A stretch of 5,853 bases of DNA. Origin: Octopus sinensis. Its lineage: Eukaryota. A program made the translations under genes and the position numbers. The DNA is taken from assembly GCF_006345805.1 (NCBI RefSeq), contig NW_021829843.1:1-5853 (forward strand), in the 5' to 3' direction. Below the pieces are notes generated by a model. That model saw only the letters and a list, made by a program, of their open reading frames with translations. It ran no database searches and was not told the DNA's origin. Positions 1 to 5,540 of this stretch are shown one piece after another (position 1 is the stretch's first letter; the number at the start of each line of letters is the position of its first letter).

Positions 1-51
1 TCCATCCATAATAATATATGCGTGCATTGTGACGTGTATATGTATATAGGG

Positions 52-163
52 TATATATATATAATATATATATATATTATATATATATATATATATAAAC
101 ACACACACACACCGACACACACACACACCGACATACACCGACACCACACACACACACACACAC
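52..163. repeat. Compound microsatellite: (TA)n 52-96 followed by (CA)n 99-163 interrupted by CCGA
   Basis: Read directly from the sequence; CCGACA interrupts the CA run three times. Confidence 0.95.
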
Positions 164-397
164 AATCACACGTATATACTCACGCTCATCCTCATATACA
201 TATACACACACGAAGACATATATAGTAGAGTATAACACAATTATCTAACAATGTTTTTTAATTATATGTTTTCAATGTGAACAGAATACTGCCGAGAGGC
301 CGGAGAGAGGATTTCAGCAGCGTATTATGCTATGCATGCATAGACAGACGGACAGATGGGCAGACAGATACATAGATCACTGGTTAGATAGATTGGT

Positions 398-484
398 AGA
401 CAGACAATCTATCTAACAATCTATAGGCGCAATCTATAGACAGACAATCTATAGACAGACAATTTATAGACAGACAATCTATAG
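398..484. repeat. 15-bp minisatellite, unit AATCTATAGACAGAC
   Basis: Units at 431-445, 446-460 and 461-475 (one C>T change), with partial units at 398-412, 418-426 and 476-484. Confidence 0.9.
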
Positions 485-890
485 GCGCAGGAGTGGCTGT
501 GTGGTAAGTAGCTTGCTAACCAACCACATGGTTCCCGGTTCAGTCCCACAGCGTGGCATCTTGGGCAAGTGTCTTCTGCTATAGCCCCGGGCCGACCAAT
601 GCCTTGTGAGTGGATTTGGTAGACGGAAACTGAAAGAAGCCTGTCGTATATATGTATATATATATATAAGTGTGTGTATATGTTTGTGTGTCTGTGTTTG
701 TCCCCCTAGCATTGCTTGACAACCGATGCTGGTGTGTTTTACGTACCCCGTCACTTAGCGGTTCGGCAAAAGAGACCGATAGAATAAGTACTGGGCTTAC
801 AAAGAATAAGTCCCGGGGTCAATTTGCTCGACTAAAGGCGGTGCTCCAGCATGGCCGCAGTCAAATGACTGAAACAAGTAAAGAGAGAGA
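484..890 (+). mobile_element. tRNA-derived SINE, family A (CORE-like; resembles octopus OR-type SINEs), near full length
   Basis: A-box TGGCTGTGTGG 494-504; B-box GGTTCAGTCC 537-546; CORE-like CTTGGGCAAGT 560-570; internal TA/TG microsatellite at about 647-700; 3' end GAAACAAGTAAAGAGAGA. A homologous copy lies in reverse orientation at 3921-4673. The exact family name is unverified. Confidence 0.88.
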
Positions 891-896
891 CAAATG

Positions 897-916
897 GATA
901 GATAGATAGATAGATT

Positions 917-953
<37 letters not shown>

Positions 954-973
954 GATAGATAGACTGATAGATT

Positions 974-1031
<58 letters not shown>

Positions 1032-1179
1032 CTGATAGATAGATGACGGAAAATGGATGGATATATATATATATATATATAATATATATATATATATAAT
1101 ATATATACATATATAGACCGACAGACAAATGGATAGATAAATAGATAGATAGATAGATAGATAGATGGACGGACAAATG

Positions 1180-1227
<48 letters not shown>

Positions 1228-1238
1228 AATAGCAGACC

Positions 1239-1308
<70 letters not shown>

Positions 1309-1398
1309 CAAATGGGAAGGCAGACAGTCAGGTAGTTAGATAGATAGGTAGACAGTATACATAGGATAGATAGATAGATTGACTGATTGATTGATAGA
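897..1398. repeat. (GATA)n tetranucleotide array with embedded (TA)n at 1061-1114, degenerating after about 1310
   Basis: Read directly from the sequence. Confidence 0.97.
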
Positions 1399-1490
1399 TC
1401 GCTGAGAGGTATGAGTATGACATAAAACGGGTTAGATTGCTATCGTCGGTTTGATGCCACGTATTCCATTTTGCAGTATTGACACAGCAA

Positions 1491-1715
1491 AAGGCTGCGG
1501 GGTTGTTGAATCGTCTGCACGCTGAACGAAATGCTCAGCCGTCTTTTGTACGTCTTTACGTACTGAATTCAAACCACGCCGAGGTCGACTTCGTCGTTCA
1601 TCCTCTCAGGGTTGGAGGGCAGTAACTTGAACGCCAGTTGAGTACTGGACTCGATATATAATCGATTTATTCCTCTGCCGAAATTGCTCGCCTTGTGCCA
1701 AAATTTGAAACCAAT
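1491..1715 (+). mobile_element. tRNA-derived SINE, family B, diverged copy
   Basis: B-box-like GAATTCAAACC 1565-1575. The body (GCCGAGGTCGACTT..TTCATCCT..CCAGTTGAGTACTGG..TCGAT..AATCGA..CCTTGTGCC) aligns to the reverse complement of 2892-3087 and 3099-3295. Confidence 0.8.
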
Positions 1716-1850
1716 AAGTGCAATAGTTGGCCCGAAATCGACGGTAAGATTCTGACCAGTCGACAATAGTTTAAAATATAAACGATCTATTATTCATATT
1801 GAGCGTGTCTTTTTTCAGATTTATGGACAACTGACTGATCATATGTAAGG

Positions 1851-1880
1851 ATATACATGTACACACATATGTATAGGCAT

Positions 1881-1912
<32 letters not shown>

Positions 1913-1917
1913 GTATA
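1851..1917. repeat. Mixed (CA)n/(TA)n microsatellite
   Basis: Pure CA run at 1881-1902 flanked by TA/TG/CA mosaics. Confidence 0.9.
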
Positions 1918-2039
1918 CCCAATATCCAATTTTTTCACCCTTATTTTTGATTTTAATTATACTGCAGTAAATTATTTATGCAGTATTTGTTTCCGGAAAT
2001 TTTGGCGCGCTATAACGAGGGCATTCGAATCATAACTGC

Positions 2040-2114
2040 GAATATAATAGGCTGAACCACACCTGCGTTTGACTTTATGTTAAAATCTGGCGTGTGGTTC
2101 AGTAAATTATATTC
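2040..2114 (+). other. 75-nt imperfect hairpin (inverted repeat)
   Basis: GAATATAAT 2040-2048 pairs with ATTATATTC 2106-2114; CTGAACCACAC 2052-2062 pairs with GTGTGGTTCAG 2092-2102; TTTGAC 2068-2073 pairs with GTTAAA 2079-2084 (one G-U); 5-nt loop. Confidence 0.7.
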
Positions 2115-2120
2115 ATGACG

Positions 2121-2199
2121 AATTCTACTGATGATCTGTGGATTTATTGTGTAAGTAACATTGCATAATCTATTAACAGTGAAACAATTGTCTAGAATT
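2121..2199 (+). ncRNA. Type I hammerhead ribozyme (HHR1), minimal palindromic stem III
   Basis: Stem I AATTCTA 2121-2127/TAGAATT 2193-2199; core CTGATGA 2128-2134; stem II CTGT 2136-2139/ACAG 2176-2179 with a U.U mismatch at the core-proximal position; GAAA 2181-2184; stem III ACAATTGT; GUC triplet 2190-2192. Confidence 0.8.
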
Positions 2200-2349
2200 A
2201 ATCTACATTTTTGTTATTTTTCATTTGTCCTGCTCGCTTACGTTCATAGTTGTGCCAAATTCTCCTTGGGAACAATTCTTGGTGGTTGAGACCATTGCGG
2301 ATATATTTTTAACGCAAGAGCGTCCACATAGTGGACCCTCTCTTATATT

Positions 2350-2353
<4 letters not shown>

Positions 2354-2381
<28 letters not shown>

Positions 2382-2424
2382 CTATATATATATATATATA
2401 TATATATCTATATATATATATATA
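2354..2424. repeat. (TA)n microsatellite
   Basis: Read directly; two single-base interruptions. Confidence 0.97.
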
Positions 2425-2585
2425 CTTTGTTCGCTGTATTGCGTGCTTGTTTCTTTGTTGTATCTGTGATTTTATCTTTGATCTTCTATATAAATGAAGA
2501 TATTTCCCTTCCTTTTGCTGCTTTTCTTTCTACGAAATGAGAAGATACATTGCAGAACTGTTATTTTAACGATCTGTGTCTATTT

Positions 2586-2691
2586 ATCACCTGATGAGAC
2601 ACATCTGCACCGCCGGATGCTCCTGAACCAGTTGTTAAGCGTTTCACCCGTGAGGGATCGATGCTAGATGTGTCGAAACAATTGTCGTGAT
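2586..2691 (+). ncRNA. Type I hammerhead ribozyme (HHR2), minimal palindromic stem III, large loop II
   Basis: Stem I ATCAC 2586-2590/GTGAT 2687-2691; core CTGATGA 2591-2597; perfect 9-bp stem II GACACATCT 2598-2606/AGATGTGTC 2666-2674; GAAA 2675-2678; stem III ACAATTGT 2678-2685; GUC 2684-2686; AATAAA at 2696-2701. Confidence 0.88.
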
Positions 2692-2736
2692 TCATAATAA
2701 ATTCTCGTATATTCCATCTTCCGTCTTTCATTTACC

Positions 2737-2776
2737 ATATATATATATATATATATATAATATATATATATATATA
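2737..2776. repeat. (TA)n microsatellite
   Basis: Read directly; mixed TA/TG/CA continues to about 2812. Confidence 0.95.
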
Positions 2777-2891
2777 CAATTATGTATATATGTACGTAGT
2801 AGTACATACATACCCACCAGATGGAGAGAAGAAGCTTTTTCCCATGAAGTTCCCTTCTCGGTCGTGGTTGAGCTTTTTCCCTTTTATATGT

Positions 2892-3087
2892 ATTCTTTTC
2901 AGCTCTAGGCACAAAGCCCGAAATTTTTGGGGATGGGGCCAGTTGATTAGATCGACCCTAGTACGCAACTGGTACTTAATTTATGGACCCTGAGAGGATG
3001 AAAGGCAAAGTCAATCTCGGGGTAATTTGAACTCAGAACTTAATGGCAGACGAAATACCGCTAAGGTTTCTGCCAGCTCGCCACCTT
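2892..3087 (-). mobile_element. SINE family B copy with an internal deletion of about 20 bp
   Basis: Aligns with 3099-3295 (CTCTAGGCACAA.GCCC.AAATTTTTG..GGGGCCAGT.GATTAG.TCGACCC.AGTACGCAACTGGTACTTAATTTAT). B-box in reverse (TTTGAACTC); head CTGCCAGCTCGCCACCTT at the right end. Confidence 0.88.
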
Positions 3088-3098
3088 AGTTACAATAA

Positions 3099-3295
3099 AT
3101 TCTCTTTTCTACTCTAGGCACAAGGCCCAAAATTTTTGATGAGGGGGCCAGTCGATTAGGTCGACCCCAGTACGCAACTGGTACTTAATTTATCGACTCC
3201 GAAATGAAGAAAGCAAAGTGGACCTCGGCGGAATTTGAACTCATAATGTAAAGACAGATGAAATATGGCTAAGCATTTCGCCCGGCGTGCTAACG
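3099..3295 (-). mobile_element. SINE family B copy lacking its 5'-terminal about 20 bp
   Basis: Tandem, same-orientation homolog of 2892-3087. Similarity stops after GCTAACG (3295), so the A-box end is missing. Confidence 0.88.
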
Positions 3296-3535
3296 CGATC
3301 ACCGATCCACAAGCACTCGTGGACGGACTTGTAGATTTCTTTAAAAAAAAAAACAAGTCTAGAGTTGTTTTCTTAGAAGAAGCTTTTTTTTCGCTCTCGA
3401 TCAAATTCTCGGTAATACGCAGGAGCATTTGTCATGGTAGTAGGAGCTTTTGCACTTCGTTCAAAATTTGGATTTCAGCTCACCAAACAAATTTGAGCTG
3501 AAGTTTAAAACTCGTAAAGCGGAACCTCGTAAAAC

Positions 3536-3566
3536 GATGATGACGACGACGATGACGATGATGATG
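3536..3566. repeat. (GAT/GAC)n trinucleotide repeat
   Basis: GATGATGACGACGACGATGACGATGATGATG read directly. Confidence 0.9.
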
Positions 3567-3588
3567 TTTATGCTTCAAGAAAATCATT

Positions 3589-3710
3589 GAGGGTCCTATA
3601 CGCGAAGTTGGACCTATATTACATGTTTTAATACATTAAAAAACATTTCTTTTTTACTCCTGAATATGCGCCGTTGAAATTGGGGGTGCGTCTAATACGC
3701 CCGTGCGTCT
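3589..3710. mobile_element. Possible degraded Tc1/mariner (pogo-like) MITE fragment
   Basis: GTGCGTCT occurs twice (3686-3693, 3703-3710) within GGGGGTGCGTCTAATACGCCCGTGCGTCT, resembling from memory subterminal motifs of pogo-like MITEs. No terminal inverted repeats (TIRs) or TA target duplication found. Confidence 0.25.
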
Positions 3711-3920
3711 GGGTTTAAAAAAATTTTTTTTTTTTTATGACATTAAATATTGCAAATACAATCAGAGAAATTCACTTATATTTCAGATAAATTGCTTTGG
3801 AAAGCTGCTGACTACCGACTGCCCTCACTTCGACCGGGAATATTGATTCGATGAAAAATGTTGCGCACTTTCAATTAAGAAAATTGCTCAAGTTTAAATG
3901 CGCAAAAAAAATCTCTCTTA

Positions 3921-4673
3921 TTTTATCTTTTACTTGTTTCAATCATTGGACTGCGACCATGCTGTGGCACTGCCTTGAGGGGTTTTTAGTTAAACAAATC
4001 GACTTCGGTACTTTTTTTTTAAAAAAAAGCTGGTACTTATTCTATCAGTTTTCTAATGTCGAACTATCATGTTACGATACGACGGGATTCCACACAGTTT
4101 CCGCGTATGAAATTCACTGACTGTGTACTCGTCAGTCCGGGGTCATATTAGAAAACACTTGCCCAAAGCGCTGTGCAGTGGGATTCGAACCAATCCTACT
4201 ATATGGCTCAGAAACCTGGACGTTATCAAAGGAGCTTGAGAGGCGGTTGGAGGGAACCTACGTTCGCCTCCTTATGAGAGCTCAAAATCTCTCGTGGAAG
4301 CGCCATCCAACCAAAGTACAAATATATGGGAAACTACCACCTGTATCATCTCTTGAGAAAGGTAGGAGAGTCCAGTTTGCTGGACATTGTTGTAGAGCTG
4401 AAAACGAGGTAATTTCTACTCTTCTCCTCTGGAAGCCATCTACTCGCGATACCAGAGGGCGCACACTCTCCTACCCTGATGTAATCTCCAGGGATACAGG
4501 CATCCAGCAACAGGACCTCCGTAATGCTATGATGGACCGTGAAGTCTGGCGTAGCATGGTAAATTCCATTGTCTCGACCATGATCGAACAATGATGATGA
4601 TGATGCAGTGGGATTGAACTCGAAAGAACGTAGGTTCGAAGAGAGCTTCTTCACCACACAGCCAATACTTGCG
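3921..4673 (-). mobile_element. SINE family A, diverged copy, split by a LINE insertion (SINE parts about 3921-4190 and 4604-4673)
   Basis: TTTACTTGTTTC..CTGCGACCATGCTG is the reverse complement of the 3' end of 484-890; ACTTGCCCAA is the reverse CORE-like motif; GATTCGAACC 4182-4191 is a reverse B-box; CCACACAGCCA 4654-4664 is the reverse A-box. An internal deletion near 4078 removes the microsatellite segment. Confidence 0.85.
4191..4605 (+). mobile_element. 5'-truncated RTE-clade non-LTR retrotransposon (3' end of ORF plus (ATG)n tail)
   Basis: Uninterrupted frame to TGA 4592-4594 with the post-RT motifs of RTE elements (ILLYGSETWTL, LSW, RRVQFAGHC.R, LLLWKP, RG, DTG, M.DREVWR). Tail ATGATGATGATGATG 4591-4605. 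Flanking duplication TGCAGTGGGATT(C)GAAC at 4174-4190 and 4604-4619. Confidence 0.92.
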
Positions 4674-4682
4674 GTTATAAAC

Positions 4683-4708
4683 AAATAAATAAATAAATAA
4701 ATAAATAA
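4683..4708. repeat. (AAAT)n microsatellite
   Basis: Read directly. Confidence 0.95.
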
Positions 4709-4923
4709 TACAGAAGTTAAAATAATTTTTTTGTTTTATATTTCTTTATTTCTTGGAAAAACTTGCTTTTTTTACAACTGTGCTTATTTACATAATTGCT
4801 TTAAATGAATTATTTTTCCTAATCAGTCAAAGATTTTCCAATATCAACCGCAGTGACTTAGGTAGACAATATTGTTAGTTTTTTTTTTCATTCAGAAGCT
4901 AAAAAGAAGGCATCTACATCCCT

Positions 4924-4954
4924 CACACACACATACACACTTACACACACACAC
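4924..4954. repeat. Imperfect (CA)n microsatellite
   Basis: Read directly. Confidence 0.9.
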
Positions 4955-5014
4955 AAGAAATATTCTCCCCACCAAACACTTTGAATGATTATAAAGTCAG
5001 TCTTTATTAATATA

Positions 5015-5342
5015 CTAGCCGTATCACCCGGCGTTGCTCGGGTTTGTTTCGACCCTTTAGAATTGGAATTTTTGAAAAGTAAAAATTTTGCATTATGTAG
5101 CTTGTTATTCTCTTTAAGTGAACATTTTTCTGGTTGAAATACACCGAGAAATGGCGACACAGCAGTCAAAAAATCGTAAATAATAAGGATTTTCATAGAA
5201 AAAAAGCACGTTTTTGATGTAAATAATTTTTAGTGTTAACATGATCCAATTTGAATTTTTTCTTCTACGGAATGAAGAGCAAGCCTTCTTCTATCAAACT
5301 CTTAATTTTGGTCAACTTGCGCCGCAGGGTCTCGGAGGAGAT
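5015..5342 (-). mobile_element. Non-autonomous Helitron-type element, 3' terminus at the left
   Basis: On the - strand a GC-rich hairpin (ACCCG 5026-5030/CGGGT 5039-5043) is followed 7 nt later by CTAG (5018-5015) and T, the canonical Helitron 3' end. The AATTTTGGTCAACTTGCGCCGCAGGGTCTCGGAGGAG segment resembles Lep1-like Helitron internal motifs from memory. The 5' boundary is uncertain (possibly the GA|T at 5361-5363). Confidence 0.65.
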
Positions 5343-5428
5343 TAAACATACGTACATGTAGATATGTATGTCTGTATATATGTATATACATATATATACA
5401 TTTACATGTAAATAACTGTGTATATATA
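5343..5428. repeat. Mixed TA/TG/CA low-complexity tract
   Basis: Read directly. Confidence 0.8.
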
Positions 5429-5452
5429 CAGGGTGATTGAAAAGTCCCCTTA
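5429..5452 (+). mobile_element. Possible Tc1/mariner-type terminal inverted repeat (single end)
   Basis: TA (5427-5428) followed by CAGGGTGATTGAAAAGTCCCC, a typical mariner-like terminus. No matching right end in the window. Confidence 0.4.
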
Positions 5453-5468
5453 TTTTTTGCGCAGTAAC

Positions 5469-5540
5469 TTATACTGAGGAAGGTTGAGGCCCTCGGGCCA
5501 ACAGCCGAAACCAAAGAATATGTGCACGTGAACGGTATAA
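5469..5540 (+). ncRNA. Degenerate hammerhead-like motif (HHR3)
   Basis: CTGAGGA 5474-5480 plus an extra A; stem II GGTTG 5482-5486/CAGCC 5502-5506 with inner GGCCC/GGGCC; GAAA 5507-5510; ACC 5510-5512/GGT 5534-5536 giving a GUA triplet. Stem I is only 2-3 bp. Confidence 0.4.

Noticed and set aside
484-560. A/B boxes (also the perfect GGTTCGAATC at 4182-4191, minus strand) as tRNA genes
   Set aside because: No full cloverleaf could be built, and the boxes continue into SINE body sequence.
22-1311. ORFs 22-225, 479-754, 670-909 and 832-1311 as proteins
   Set aside because: They are translations of microsatellites (YI, HT, SIYL repeats) or SINE sequence, with no protein-family features.
398-1400. 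Tandem repeats as a CRISPR array
   Set aside because: No unique spacers between constant repeats, and the context is eukaryotic satellite DNA.
1990-1999. Palindrome TTTCCGGAAA as a regulatory site
   Set aside because: A single 10-bp palindrome is expected by chance and has no supporting context.
2193-2686. A classical retrozyme monomer flanked by two copies of the same hammerhead
   Set aside because: The two hammerheads differ in stems I and II and flanks, so they are not direct repeats. A circle joining 2686 to 2193 would not rebuild stem I, and a heterodimeric double hammerhead lacks cross-complementary stem I strands.
2827-3388. 14-bp direct repeat AGAAGAAGCTTTTT (2827-2840, 3375-3388) as a target duplication around the tandem SINEs
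   Set aside because: The repeats lie about 50 and 80 bp outside the SINE boundaries and are low complexity; no element with those ends is evident.
3775-3860. TTTCAG acceptor at 3781-3786 followed by more GC-balanced sequence as an exon
   Set aside because: All three frames hit stops before any plausible donor site.
1569-4120. Short ORFs between 1569 and 4120 as genes
   Set aside because: They overlap (TA)n tracts, SINE copies or AT-rich spacer, mostly start at non-ATG codons and have no recognisable motifs.
4092-4135. Minus-strand CTGACGA...GAAAC as a fourth hammerhead
   Set aside because: Stem II cannot close next to the core (G opposite G), there is no suitably placed GUH triplet or stem I, and the sequence is explained as diverged family-A SINE.
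4178-4594. The 138-aa ORF as a functional cellular gene
   Set aside because: Its GTG start lies in the SINE target duplication; it is the 3' remnant of a LINE ORF lacking the endonuclease and RT domains.
4282-4684. Minus-strand ORFs 4282-4464 and 4346-4684
   Set aside because: Antisense shadows of the RTE coding fragment.
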